Part shown: positions 1 through 13,974 of the stretch, piece by piece | How the letters are laid out: every line of letters begins with the position of its first letter | How positions within the stretch are numbered: the first letter of the stretch is position 1 | Origin: Octopus bimaculoides | Lineage: Eukaryota | Length of the DNA stretch: 64,000 nt | Reading direction: 5' to 3' | Assembly (NCBI RefSeq): GCF_001194135.2 | Contig: NC_068985.1 | Location: 109,298,281-109,362,280, forward strand | Program-made: the position numbers and the translations under genes | Notes under the pieces: model-generated | What the model saw: the letters and a program-made list of their open reading frames with translations, nothing else | Told to the model about the DNA's origin: nothing | Database searches by the model: none

Positions 1-31
<31 letters not shown>

Positions 32-406
32 AAATGAATGTATGTACATATGTATGTATGCATATAAATATATATTTTAAAAAACCTTGATTAGAGAACA
101 AACATTAAATTCGAGTCCACGGCTCTATATAACACCACGCTTCCATATATTTGAGCATATATAAATATTACCATGGCCTTTAACATAAAAATAAAACATA
201 AAATCATCAAGTCGACTGTCTGCCATGTCGAATAAGGAGAAAGATTAGAATTTAGAAAAATTGAGTTTTGTTCTCTAATCAATGTTTTTTTATCTCTGTT
301 CCAATTACACATGAGCAGTTCTTTTTTGCAGTCTTATAAACCCTTTTGTCGCCATAAAAAGAGGCAAAAATGATTTCTTGTCATATTAAACAATAACAGT
401 ACTCAC

Positions 407-519
407 ATGGAGCGTATACACGTCCGATACAACAGCCTCGAACAGAGCACTAACGACAACACCAACGTCCTCTCAACGATTAGCCGGAGATGAGTTTTAC
501 AATGAGAATATCTTAAATA
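407..519 (-). promoter_or_regulatory. Candidate core promoter and first exon of a neighbouring minus-strand gene that continues left of the window
   Basis: TATTTAAG at 519-512, Inr-like CTCATCT with A at 491, an 85-nt CpG-rich segment, then consensus donor CCAT|gtgagt (406-401). Confidence 0.4.
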
Positions 520-1712
520 AACTCGACTGCGATCACAAGCGAGAATACTAGAAATTAACCCGACCGTTTTCAAGAATTAAGTAAAAGAAACGGGAAAAGT
601 AATCCAGAGTCCTTGGCCGGTAACCGACCGAGCCCCAAATCTAATCATTTCTGCCAGTCACGATGTCAAACATCCCTGAATGTTTCAACCGAATTCATCT
701 AGCGGTTCTTGTTTGTCCACGGCAAACAAATAAACAAACGCAACTGAAAGCAATACCTCTACCTTCGCTAAGGCAGATGTAATAAAAATGTAGTTTTCTA
801 ATATACAAATGTATAATATGTAGACCCGAGTATACGGTTAGACTTTCTTCCTTTCGTGGTCGGGTATTATGCACAAAACTTGTATCGCGGTCGATTTTCC
901 GCCCCTCACACTTTCTTTCTTCAGGTAGGTAGGTAGGTAGGTAGGTAGGTAGATAAGTAGGTGAGCAAATAGATAGATAGATAGATAGATAGATTCATAC
1001 ATACATTTTTCATACACATATATGTATGTACATACACAGAGAGAAGTATTTATATATATATATTGACGACAGGAAATAATAATATGTATATTAAAAAAAC
1101 TTAGATATATGGGAAGACAATTTAAAATACTGACTAAATTCACTTTTTTTCGTACAGTATGATTTCAGTAAAATACTATTCAAAGGAACTTAAATGTATT
1201 TGGCACAAACTGGCTTGTATTATTAATATATAGCAACGCACACACCTCCGCGTGGATACACGCGCGCGCGCACGCATTCACGTTTTATTATCCTTTGAGT
1301 TTTTTCAATTCCAAGTTTATGAAGTCAGAACTATCGATTCTCACTCCCTCAACTTGTCTGTATCTTATATGCATGCATTCATACTTATATACATATATAC
1401 ATGCATAAATATATATATATGTGTGTGTGTGTATGTTTATGCGTTTGTAAGTGCATACGTGCATGTGTGTATATGTGTGAATATATATATATACATAGTA
1501 TATCTATTGTCTAGTGAATGACGAACGAAAATTACTGGTGAGCTGTCAAAATCATATATGCGTGTGTGTGTGTATGTGTGTGTGCGTGTGTGTAATTATA
1601 GATATTTACTAGAGTTATAACGTAAATCATGCCAGTTTTATATAACAACTGAATATTTGTTTCGGTTGACAGATGGAAAATATATGAATATAATTAAGTT
1701 CAGGCAACTGTG

Positions 1713-2230
1713 GAAGAAAGAATTGAGTGCAAGAGAAGCGAGAAAAAACCTGTAGAGTAGGTGAATCGAAGCTAAACCAAGATCAGGAGAACCTTTTGTT
1801 GTGGAAGATGAGTCCTTGATTGAAGTTATTGAACTGCAGACAAACACAAGCACTCGTGCATTGTCGGCAGAACGTGCTTCTTCATTGAAACCTCTATAAG
1901 TTCGGTCATGAGAAGAGACGCTGTCGTGAAGTTCGTCAAAGAGTGTCTACTAATCAGTCTCCATGACGTATGAACATATGCAAAGAACTCCTGGCAAATC
2001 ACCGAGATGCCGGATTCTGGCATTGAAATGTAGCTGGGAATGAAAAATCGATCTAGTTTGGTAGTCCTAATAAGAAAAATCAGTGGCCTCATACCGGCCA
2101 GGCTTCAGGACATGTCAAACAAGAGTGGTTTGAACAGAGGTACTTTTTGAAAAGTCACCTAAGGAGGCACATTTTCACCTACGATGCATCACAACTGTAT
2201 ATTCATTATCTTGACTGCAAAGCGCCGTTT
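1713..2230 (+). mobile_element. Decayed mariner transposase fragment
   Basis: Interrupted translation EAKPRSGEPFVVEDESLIEVIELQTNTSTRALSAE ... RMNICKELL...FWH*NVAGNEKSI*FGSPNKKNQW matches the mariner PRSGRP/HTH and IVTGDEKWI motifs, with stops. Confidence 0.75.
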
Positions 2231-2899
2231 CATGAGTCGAAACGATCGTAGCGGTTCTGAAAAATGAATGTAGTGAATTTTATTTTCTGTATCTCATATG
2301 TTTTTATTCACTCTATGGCCACAAGAGAATTCGTAAAGTAAATTCAGTGGCGTATAACGCTATATGTCCTTAATATCAAGTAGCCGAGCATCACCTTTCC
2401 CGCTTTCATTTCCAGAATAAAGTGGCTTACGGTGGGTTTGGAGGTGAAATACTTTGAATGCGCTCGAAAAAAAAAGAACCTGTAGAAAAAATTATTTTAC
2501 TCCGAAGTACGAACTGGTCCTTTACGAAATATTTGCCGAAGATCGAGACAGGCATGCGAATAGAAGGATCGATAAAACTGATAAAGCAAACGCTGAGCAT
2601 CTGGTGAAACAGGGAAAAGGACAGAATCAAGAATCGGACGCTCGGAGGGTTAAGAGTCTGGCGAAACAGTGGGAAAGAGACAAAAGCAGAAGACGTGATG
2701 AAATTTCCTGTATATCCGACCACAGGTTACCGAAATGAATAGTGAATCTGGTGTATAATGGGGGAAAATGTTTTGAAAGTAAGGTACCATTGAAATGTGA
2801 ATACACACGGAATAACAGAAGTTTCACGTAAATCAGTTCATAGATTCTTGAGAAACGTAGTTTTTTCGGGTACCTTGAACTACTGGTCACGCGCAGTCT

Positions 2900-2944
<45 letters not shown>

Positions 2945-5628
2945 ATCTGAGTATATATATGCCTACACACATACACACACAAATGTAAGTGTGTGTATTT
3001 GTGTGTGTGCGTGTGTAAGTGTGTGTAAGTGCTCGGGGGTATCCCAAAATAAATTGTTGTGAGTCAATATATTTCGCAGTCACCAGCCTTCTCAGAAGTC
3101 TGACGTAAATCTTTATCCTGCAAAAGTTTGAAGTGACAGTAGAAACCAAGTCCATATAGAAATATAGCATTTTCAACTCTACATATACGTATAAACAGCT
3201 GCTGCAAAAAATATATTAATGCTTTTATGTATTATTATATATGAAAATAATGCCTGTATATATATATATATNNNNNNNNNNNNNNNNNNNNNNNNNNNNN
3301 NNNNNNNNNNNNNNNNNNNNNNNNNNNNNNNNNNNNNNNNNNNNNNNNNNNNNNNNNNNNNNNNNNNNNNNNNNNNNNNNNNNNNNNNNNNNNNNNNNNN
3401 NNNNNNNNNNNNNNNNNNNNNNNNNNNNNNNNNNNNNNNNNNNNNNNNNNNNNNNNNNNNNNNNNNNNNNNNNNNNNNNNNNNNNNNNNNNNNNNNNNNN
3501 NNNNNNNNNNNNNNNNNNNNNNNNNNNNNNNNNNNNNNNNNNNNNNNNNNNNNNNNNNNNNNNNNNNNNNNNNNNNNNNNNNNNNNNNNNNNNNNNNNNN
3601 NNNNNNNNNNNNNNNNNNNNNNNNNNNNNNNNNNNNNNNNNNNNNNNNNNNNNNNNNNNNNNNNNNNNNNNNNNNNNNNNNNNNNNNNNNNNNNNNNNNN
3701 NNNNNNNNNNNNNNNNNNNNNNNNNNNNNNNNNNNNNNNNNNNNNNNNNNNNNNNNNNNNNNNNNNNNNNNNNNNNNNNNNNNNNNNNNNNNNNNNNNNN
3801 NNNNNNNNNNNNNNNNNNNNNNNNNNNNNNNNNNNNNNNNNNNNNNNNNNNNNNNNNNNNNNNNNNNNNNNNNNNNNNNNNNNNNNNNNNNNNNNNNNNN
3901 NNNNNNNNNNNNNNNNNNNNNNNNNNNNNNNNNNNNNNNNNNNNNNNNNNNNNNNNNNNNNNNNNNNNNNNNNNNNNNNNNNNNNNNNNNNNNNNNNNNN
4001 NNNNNNNNNNNNNNNNNNNNNNNNNNNNNNNNNNNNNNNNNNNNNNNNNNNNNNNNNNNNNNNNNNNNNNNNNNNNNNNNNNNNNNNNNNNNNNNNNNNN
4101 NNNNNNNNNNNNNNNNNNNNNNNNNNNNNNNNNNNNNNTATATATATATCAACTTTAAATAGAGCTCAAAACTGATCCATTGAAAATACTTTATTATAAT
4201 AATAATGAAAATGACCTATGAATATTTCGATGGAACATCCAGAATGGTTAATACATATAAAATATTATAAAATATGGGATACTCCATCTCCTCGGGGTCC
4301 CATTATTATTGTAATTATTATTATTATTATTATTATTATTAGTAATATACAGCCAATAAAAACAGAAAACATTCAAATCCAATTTTCATAGTTGACCCAT
4401 GAAAATATACAAAACAGGATTAAAAGGTATGACATGTTATATATACATATGTATTTGTATGTGTGTGCGCGCGAGTGTGTGTGCGTGGATTAATAAGGGA
4501 AGAGGGTTTGAACATGCATTATTTCATATGACTGTAACTGTTTCTCTACATAATTACCAGCTGTACGTTGCTAAATGCTACATATATTATAAACAACATT
4601 TCGTTAATCAGTATCGCTCGGCAATAGTGGCATATACATGGCATCGTGTGTGTAAAGTAAACGGCTCTGTTAGATTAGATTTCGATGATTCACACTATAT
4701 ACCTATACCGAAACACTGTTTTGAGCTTTATAATGATGATGGTGATCATGGTGATCATGATCATGATCATGATCATGATCATGATCATGATTCTAATAAT
4801 ACTGAAAGTATTTGATGGAATGGTTTAAAATATTAATAGATTGCAAATATTTTTGAAATATTTCAAGTTATTTTCCATGATTTTTCCCCAAAATTTCGAG
4901 TACTATCATTACAACAGTTATTACTGCCCTATCTCACTTATATATATATATATATATATNNNNNNNNNNNNNNNNNNNNNNNNNNNNNNNNNNNNNNNNN
5001 NNNNNNNNNNNNNNNNNNNNNNNNNNNNNNNNNNNNNNNNNNNNNNNNNNNNNNNNNNNNNNNNNNNNNNNNNNNNNNNNNNNNNNNNNNNNNNNNNNNN
5101 NNNNNNNNNNNNNNNNNNNNNNNNNNNNNNNNNNNNNNNNNNNNNNNNNNNNNNNNNNNNNNNNNNNNNNNNNNNNNNNNNNNNNNNNNNNNNNNNNNNN
5201 NNNNNNNNNNNNNNNNNNNNNNNNNNNNNNNNNNNNNNNNNNNNNNNNNNNNNNNNNNNNNNNNNNNNNNNNNNNNNNNNNNNNNNNNNNNNNNNNNNNN
5301 NNNNNNNNNNNNNNNNNNNNNNNNNNNNNNNNNNNNNNNNNNNNNNNNNNNNNNNNNNNNNNNNNNNNNNNNNNNNNNNNNNNNNNNNNNNNNNNNNNNN
5401 NNNNNNNNNNNNNNNNNNNNNNNNNNNNNNNNNNNNNNNNNNNNNNNNNNNNNNNNNNNNNNNNNNNNNNNNNNNNNNNNNNNNNNNNNNNNNNNNNNNN
5501 NNNNNNNNNNNNNNNNNNNNNNNNNNNNNNNNNNNNNNNNNNNNNNNNNNNNNNNNNNNNNNNNNNNNNNNNNNNNNNNNNNNNNNNNNNNNNNNNNNNN
5601 NNNNNNNNNNNNNNNNNNNNNNNNNNNN

Positions 5629-5660
<32 letters not shown>

Positions 5661-6705
5661 TGTGTGTGCGTGTGTGTGTACTTCCAACATGTTTCGAAAA
5701 CTTATTAGGAATCTCTGGATTTATGAAAAATCAGGTGATTTTTTTTCATATCAATAAAAATCATTAATATATTGAATCTTCTTTTTAGAAATAAAATGCA
5801 TTTCTGTGTCGCTTTTGTACTTGTTAAATCTACTGCCTTCCAATGTAATTCCCTAAATTTTTGGCTTCCCTTACACGTCCTTTTCTTTTATTTGGTCCCA
5901 ATATTCCTGCCCTTTTGCTCTTTCCATATTTTCCGTTACTGTTGCCATACTTACTAACATCTGCTGCATCTTCTATTCCAACATTACTTGTGCGTTCATC
6001 AATTCAACTGGACTAGAAATCCGTTGCTCTCAACATTTTCATCCTGTCTCTCGTTAGTATCATTAATCACAAAGTCCATACACTTACCTATTGCAACTCT
6101 TAGCATTTCACATAACTCTTCCACCATTTCATTTTCTAGTTTCCTCTCAGATTCTACTATTCTACTATTTAGTGGGGGTATTTTCTTCTCATCTGCGCTA
6201 CCGGTAGATTTAACTTCAAACGCATAGAGAATAGTGCAATATCAATACTGACAGTGACAGGAAAGCAGTCAACAAGAAGTAATAAAGACTATAGTACTAA
6301 AAGGAATCATAAAGAGATTATGGTGGACGTTAAGCTTGATATTTTACAAAGATTTTACATGAGTGGATAACTCAGCCATATTGGAAATATATTTAATATA
6401 TGAAAGCTTGCAACATCCACAGTGGGAACAATAAGTAAGAATAAAGACAAAATTAGATCAAATGCTCAAGTAGGTAATCTGTTAAATATTCGGATATTAT
6501 GTTTTCTAAGATCTGCTGAAAAGTAATAAAACGGGTTCTAGTTTTGTTAAATAATCATGAGATTGGACACAACATTTTGATAAACGCTACGGTCATTCAA
6601 GCCAACGCTAGAAGTATGAAGAAGTGCGAAAATTATGCAGCTTCTGATATAAAACTTTTTCAGGCAATTTAATTTTGGTTCAATATTAAAATGACCTGTA
6701 AAGCT

Positions 6706-7142
6706 GGGAGCTAGCAGAATTGTTAGCCCACCAGTCAAAATGTTTAGCAGCATTTTGTACGTCTTTTGCTCTGAGTTCAAATTCCGCCAAGGTTGACTTT
6801 GCCTTTCATCTTGTCAGGGTCAATAAGATAAGTACCAGTTGAGTACTGGGATCGATGTAATCGGCCTACTCTTTCCCCAAATTACCGACCTTGTGCCAAA
6901 AGTTGACATCATATTAAAATGACCCACAATGATGTGAGTTAACAGAATTGTTACCGTGCCGGTTAAAATGCTTGCCGGCATTTCTTCTTACTTGAAGTTC
7001 TGAGTTCAAAAGCTGACAGCTTCGACTTAGATTTTCATCCTTTCGGACTCAATGAAATAAGTACCAGTTAAGTACTGGGGTCTATATAATCGACTTACCC
7101 CCTCAAACGAAATTACTGGTCTTGTGCCAAAGTTTGAAGCCA
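6706..7142 (+). mobile_element. Two tandem tRNA-derived SINE copies (family A)
   Basis: Both have gagctggcagaatcgttagc-like heads, ttctgagttcaaa (B-box-like), gactttgcctttcatc...aataagtaccagtt bodies and ccttgtgccaaa tails. Confidence 0.85.
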
Positions 7143-9999
7143 ATATTAAAATCATCCGTGAAGCTACCAGCTTTGATACGGAGGTCCTTACTCATTATCC
7201 TGTCGCACTGTGACCTACGATCGATCTAAGGATACTACACCCCAGATCAAGAGTATAGCGCTGGCGACACTGCGTTTTCCTAGAAGAGTATACCTTAAAG
7301 AACTATCATTTCTTTTAGATGGATGAGAAACTCACATCCAAACTCACCAAAACATCTTTTTTTGTGAAGAAATATTGCTACCGATACAAAATTAGAATTC
7401 CCATTTCCGCATCACCCACAAAATATCAGGGCTAACTTTAAATTTAACCTACCTGTGGTGTTTCCATTCTTCAAGTAAGGCATATCAGTCGATGAACCTT
7501 TTTCAAACACTGGCTTACGATTTTTATTTTGTTGCCCTGCTTAAGAAAAGGTATATTGCTAAGCAAAATATATTCAGCATCTCATTTTAGGCAAAAACTT
7601 CAAGATACCCAGTCACTTTAAACAGTTTTCTTGATAATGCGATAATAGAACAAATCATCATGAACACACATACTTTGCTCCAGATAATGTTTCAAGGAGT
7701 GGTGGCAAACTTTCAGGCGTTAACAGAAAAGAACTTTAAAACGACTGATCAAAGCAACTGATGGACAGGTTAAAAAGGTGCAGTTAGGTATTACTGGGTG
7801 CGTAGTGGCGGTGGTGGTGGTGGTGGTGGTGTGTGTGTGTGTGTGTGTGTTTTGGTGGGAGATGGTTATTATGGAAACTGTAGATACTGTAGTTTAGTCA
7901 TCGGATCAACAGAAATTGTCATTTTTGAATGATGCTTAGAAAAACCTTGGTTTTGTAGGCTTTCAATCTTCAGGAAATCTACATTAAACTCCACAAGATG
8001 TTGTGACAAAGTAAACGTGTGTATATGTGCTTATATGCATGCATTCGTGCGTGTGTGCATGTTTGTTTATAAGTGCATGCATAACTTCTCATAGTGAGAA
8101 GTTAAGCAAAAATCTATTAGAAATGCAGCCTCTATGTGGCTACACAACCAGCTGGAAATACCCTTCAAACTAGACAATTTTGTCATTTAAAGATATCGCT
8201 TTGGAAAATGTAGTATTGGCACACTATACCTAAAAGACTGGATGGTCATGGCTGGAAATCCTTTGATCATAGGTCAATTAAATCTGAGCTCAGTTGGGGA
8301 CACACGACAATGATAAGTACAGCCTACAGTTTTCTAAAAGGAAGGGTACGTTAGAAACTGCAATCCTTTAGATTCTATGTCTAAATAAACGGTGTTAAAC
8401 TAAAACGCCTTTGATTACAGGTTATTCTATCAACAGCAACAACAACAATGACAACGACGACGACAAGAACAAAAAGCGCAATAGCAACACAAACATCAAA
8501 ATATTCTTTTCTATTCTAGGCACAAGGCCCGAAATTTTCTATGGAGAGAAAGGAATTTGAACTCAGAACGTAAATACAGCTATGCATTTTGCCTGGCGTG
8601 CTAACGTCTCTGCCAGCTCGCCGCCTTAGAAACATCATCATATTTCACAAATGAAATACAGAAAGTTATAGAGACTGATTCGCATCTCTGTTGATGTTGA
8701 CATGTGTGCAGAGAGCTTGTGGGTCCGGTATCGAATACAAATCACCAACTAATAATACGCTGTCTTTTATAGTGATAGAACTGTGAGTCAAATTGTGGAA
8801 ATTATCGATGAGTGATGTTACACTTTCCAGAGAAATGAAAAGGGTCAGTGATTCCACAGACATAGAAAGATTTAATAATAATTTTCTATGTAGAAAGTGT
8901 TTCTAATTTACATCAAATAATAATACATCGCTAAAAGTTGAGGTCGAACCCATGAGATAAACATATCTATTTCTGTTATTTCCTATCAAAATAATAGTAA
9001 CGGATGCTCGAAGTTTTACTCCATTTTTCCACCTTACATTGTTTCTTAATTCTAATTATCTTGAATGATAACATTTATCACATATATTTATAGTGACGCT
9101 ACTTTTCGATAAATAGATTATCGATTATCTTTCGGTTCCATATGTTTAATTTATTGTAACAGAACTTGTTGCTTTAGTGCATCATATTATTTAAGTACGC
9201 CGACAAATCGATAACAATAACAGGAAACCTGCATCCGTTTGGTACTTTCTCTTAACTGTTGGCTGACGTACAGAGTGGATGATGTATGGCTAGGAAGATT
9301 TACGAACACCATTCAAATGTAAATGTAATGGTTTTATTTAACGCGATGTCTGCGTGGTTTCCAAAAACCTTCAAAGCGGTGACACTAATGTGGTTCATGT
9401 TTGTCGTAAACATGTTGGACATGATTTACTGCTGGAAACAAACGCGTAGAAATCTACAAGTATAGAGTTCTATTGAAGAAAGATTTGCTCAAGGATATAA
9501 TACTAGATTTGGGAGGATATATGCAGTAAGAGTGAAAGGAAAAGCAGTGATAAACAGAACCAGTAACCAACCTTGACGAGCATATGCAAGTAGCAAGTTG
9601 AAAGTAGCAGATATTTTGCCATAGTAGTAGCAAAGGTTAACAAAAGAAACAGCTGCCATTGCGTGAAAGTTGAAAGTGTATACTGGCATCATAAACAAAA
9701 GCATATCATATATAAATATCCTTCCTTATTCTTGACATATTAATGTCGCTGTAATTATAATTCGCGTTACTTCTCTTATTATGTACTCTAAAACGAATTC
9801 AATTCCGCGTTACTTTAATTTTCACGGGCGTATGACGCCTGCGTCCGCATTCTCAGACTCCGCATATCTGAGTTAATGAACATTAGGTAACGGAAAGCCG
9901 ATTAAGCGTATTATTAGATACAGTTCCAACTAAATGTGTTGAATGATTCCTTTTTCCTTTTTATGTTTGAACGCCCATCACCCATGTATGTATGAAAGT

Positions 10000-10690
10000 A
10001 TTTACGTATCTTTTACTATTTTCAGTGACTTGACTACGACCACACTGGGGCACTGTCTTGGAAAACTTTCACTCGAATGAATCGACTTTAGTACTTATTT
10101 CTTATAAACCTGGTATTTATTCTATTTGGATCCTTTTGCCGAACCACTATGGTACGAGGAGGTGAACACATTAACAGTTGTAATGCGGTGTTGGGGGATA
10201 AACAGAGGCATTCACACACACACAAAAAAACAAAAAAATCACCACCCCCACGTCTGGTTTCAGTTTCTGCGTAACAAATCCCCTCAAAAGGCTTTGGTCG
10301 ACACGAGGCTATTGTAGAATACACTTGCCTAAGGTACTACGCCGTGGGACGAACCCGGAACCATATAGTTGGGAAGCAAAGTTCTTACAACAGAGCCACA
10401 CACACACACACACACGTCTGGTTTCAGTTTCTGTCTAACGAATCTACTCAAAAGGCTTTGGTCGACACTAGGCTATAGTAGAATACTGCTTCCCCAAGGT
10501 ACTACGCAGTGGAACAAACCTAGAGCATATAGTTGGGAAGGAAGGTTCTTACAATAGAGCCACACACACAGAGGCAGAGGAAGGTTCTTACAATAGAGCC
10601 ACGCACATACACACAGACAGACACACATATTCTTTTGTCCTTTTACTCTTTTACTTGTTTCAGTCCTTTGACTGCGGCCTTGCTGGAACA
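10000..10690 (-). mobile_element. tRNA-derived SINE family B with internal partial duplications
   Basis: Matches the fuller copy at 61571-61966 (caaggctttggtcg...ggctatagtagaagacacttgcccaaggt); head segments are repeated at about 10260-10600. Confidence 0.8.
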
Positions 10691-12007
10691 TATATTTATA
10701 TGTACGTATTGTGTACGAATTTTGGAGTTACAACGGTATTGATATTGCGCTGTAATTGACTATAATCTTGTTTTCCTTGATCTAAAGCTATTTATCTTAA
10801 TTTATCTGTATTCATCTCATTCAAAATGAATGTGAGTCCGTGATGTGGCGGATCTTGCAAAGTGGACCAGGGACTTAATGATGTAGCTGTAACTATTGTT
10901 ATATACGTTGTTGTTGCCAATTTCCTTTACCGCATAGTTATAATCATATCTCTTGGCTGCAATGATCACACGTTGTTATTACTGCAACTCGTTGCAAAAC
11001 TGAGTTTTCCTGTTGGTGGTTGTCGGTGTGAATGTGTTCCTACTGCCAACTTTGTATTGCTGCTCATCGGACTTTCACTGTTGATGATCGTGACAGGCAC
11101 TGTATGCTCTCCTTGAAATACACTCAATATTTTTATCTTACTATTTATAGAGTTATCCACTTCGAGTTCCACCGTTTTTACTTCGCAACATTCCTCAGCG
11201 CCCCTACTTCATTTGTTCTGAGCGGGCTGTCTGCGAGCGCAAGTCACTCGCTGATATTGATTTCAAATTTTGACACAAGGCCAACAATTTTGGGAGAGGG
11301 GTTAAGTCCACTACATATATCCCAGTACTACACTGGTACTTATTTTATCGATCCCGAAGGAATACAAGGCAAATCTGGCCTGATTGAAATTTAATCCTAG
11401 ACAGACGAAAGACCGATAATGGAGTTTTCACATATCTACGATAAGCGAGAATATTTTTTCCACGTTAAAATGCAGTGATTTTTGCCTTTAGAATTTAAAA
11501 TATGTCATTAAAATATTTGAAATTACCTAAAGTTTTATATACTCCTCGTCTTTTGAAGTTCCCAAATTCTTAAGACATAAACTACCAACATATTTCGCTT
11601 TAACGTCTCCTCGAAGATGATAAGGGACTATTTACTCCTTTATTTTTCCCTCTCTAAATACTATCAACGCTTTCCTCAGTTTTTTTTTTTTTTTCTAAAT
11701 GAATGTTTAATTGAATTTTGAAAACAAGAACTTCGCCCGTGCAGTAGGGTTAAAGATTATTGCTCGATGCTTTGATTCCGAAATCAAATATTCGACAAAC
11801 ATTGACATTAATTATCCCCACTTGAGTAAACTCATAAATAATACATAAAAGAAATTCCTTGACAAACGACATCCACAAAAACACAAACATCACACATACA
11901 CACACATATGTATGCACTTACATACATACATACATACATACAAGGGATATAATATATATATATATATATGTGTGTGTTGTGTGTGCGTGTAGGCATATAT
12001 ATATATA

Positions 12008-12258
12008 TATTGGGTTGGCGCATAATTATTGCGGCTTTTTTTCAACAAATTTTATTCAGCAAAAACAATAACATGTAACAAAAGTCTTTAAATGTTTATT
12101 CCGGAAAATATTCACCATCTACTTCAATTACTGCTTCCCATTTGCTTGGTAGACGGTCAGACCGTCATTTAAAAATGTTTTTGTTAAATATTGTTATTGT
12201 TTTTGTTGAATAAAATTTGTTTGAAAACAAACCGCAATAACTATGCACCAACATAATA
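12008..12258 (-). mobile_element. Mariner-derived MITE (about 250 bp)
   Basis: Terminal inverted repeats of about 65 bp (TATTGGGTTGGCGCATAATTATTGCGG.../...CCGCAATAACTATGCACCAACATAATA) flanked by TA; the interior encodes the mariner C-terminus RLPSKWEAVIEVDGEYFPE* on the minus strand. Confidence 0.85.
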
Positions 12259-12689
12259 TATNNNNNNNNNNNNNNNNNNNNNNNNNNNNNNNNNNNNNNN
12301 NNNNNNNNNNNNNNNNNNNNNNNNNNNNNNNNNNNNNNNNNNNNNNNNNNNNNNNNNNNNNNNNNNNNNNNNNNNNNNNNNNNNNNNNNNNNNNNNNNNN
12401 NNNNNNNNNNNNNNNNNNNNNNNNNNNNNNNNNNNNNNNNNNNNNNNNNNNNNATATATATATATATATATATATATATAGTGCACTGTAAATCATAGAT
12501 GGCCTAAATGAAAATTTAAATACAATAGGAGCACAAACAGAATATACTTCACGTGCGCAGGGGACACGGTACTATGTGCGTTTATGTACTAAAAGCACGC
12601 AATAAAACTAATACAAGTTTGATATTAACAACGAATACAGCAATGACGATGACAAATACAAGAACGACAACAACAATAATATTGATAAC

Positions 12690-13840
12690 ACTTTCTAATT
12701 TTTGGCCAAAAGCTAACAGGTTTGAGGGGAGGAGTTAGTCGATAACATCGATCCTAGTACTTATTGGTACGTTATTTTACAACCTCGGGCAAAATGAAAG
12801 GCAAAGTTGATTGAAGCAGAATCTGAACAAAGGAGTTAATGAGTCGGAAGAAATCCCATTAAGCAACTAATCATTTTGTCTGATGCGCTAGCGATTCTAC
12901 CAGTTCTTTGTTTCAAAGAACAACGACGACGACAGTGACAACAAAAACAACAACGACTATAATAACAATTCTTTCTACTAAAGACACAAGGCCTGAAAAT
13001 TTGGGAGATGGAAATAATCAATTACATCGACCCCAGTGTTTCTCTGGTACTTAATTTATCGATCCCGAAAGGATGTAAAGTGGGATTTGAGCTCAGAACA
13101 TGAGGACGGCTAAAATGCCGCTAAGCATTTTTTCCAGCATGCTAACGATTCTGCCAGCTCACCGCCTTCCTACTACTACCATTACTACTAATAATAATTC
13201 CTACTACTACTGTTACTACTAATAATAATTATAATCCTTTCTACTAAAGTCACAATGCCTGAAATTTTGAGGGAGGATTCTAGTCGATCACATTCACCCT
13301 AGTGTTATACTGGTACTCAATTTATCGACCCCAAAACGATGATGGGCAAAGTCGATTTCAGCGGAATTTATATATTAATGATAATAATTATATTGGTTTC
13401 AAATAATATATTATATAATTATATTGGTTCCAAATTTTGCCACCAGGGCAAGAATTTTGCGGGAAGGGATGTTCAATAGGAGGCATTTATGGTGTCGACC
13501 TCGAAAGGATGAAAGACAAAGTCGACCTCGGCGGAATTTGAACACAGCATGTAGCGGCAGACGAAATACCACTAAGCATTTCACCCGGATTGCTAACGAT
13601 TTAGCAAGCTTGCCACCGTAGATAACCATTTCTGCTATAGGCACAAGGCCAGAGATTTGTGGGAGGAGAATAGTCGATTATATCAACCCCAGTGTTTCAC
13701 TGGTACTTAATTTATCAACTCTCGAAAGGATGAAAGCAAAGTCGACCTCGGCGGAATTTGAACTCAGAACGTAGCACCGGGTAAAATAATGCGAAGAACT
13801 TCTCCCGCCGTGCTAACGGCTTTGACAGCTCGCCATCTTG
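12690..13840 (-). mobile_element. Cluster of about five same-orientation family A SINE copies
   Basis: Repeated cacaaggcc...atcgaccccag...aaaggatgaaaggcaaagtcgacctcggcggaatttgaactcagaac...gctaacgattctgccagctc units separated by AAT/ACT/CAA repeats. Confidence 0.85.
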
Positions 13841-13895
13841 ATAATGATAATATTAATAGTAATTAATAATATTAATAGTAATAATAATAATAATG

Positions 13896-13961
<66 letters not shown>

Positions 13962-13974
13962 GACACTCTCGTCA

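Noticed and set aside
2454-2738. 94-aa charged ORF (MNALEKKRTC...)
   Set aside because: No recognisable motif or convincing splice context; starts at TTG; probably a decayed repeat or chance.
3219-5767. Long ORFs in the track containing X runs (also at 17, 19, 22, 25, 28, 35-36, 50, 60 and 63 kb)
   Set aside because: Artefacts of N gaps flanked by dinucleotide repeats; no coding information.
6060-6230. Minus-strand open segment YAFEVKSTG...EELCEMLRVAI ending at a GTAAGT donor
   Set aside because: The nearest good acceptor puts a stop in frame; no family recognised.
8666-8863. 65-aa minus-strand ORF and a vaguely similar open stretch at about 37650-37900
   Set aside because: No convincing similarity to each other or to any known family.
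9489-9704. Hydrophobic 71-aa ORF that superficially resembles a membrane protein
   Set aside because: No receptor motifs, and stops follow immediately; hydrophobicity is expected from T-rich DNA.
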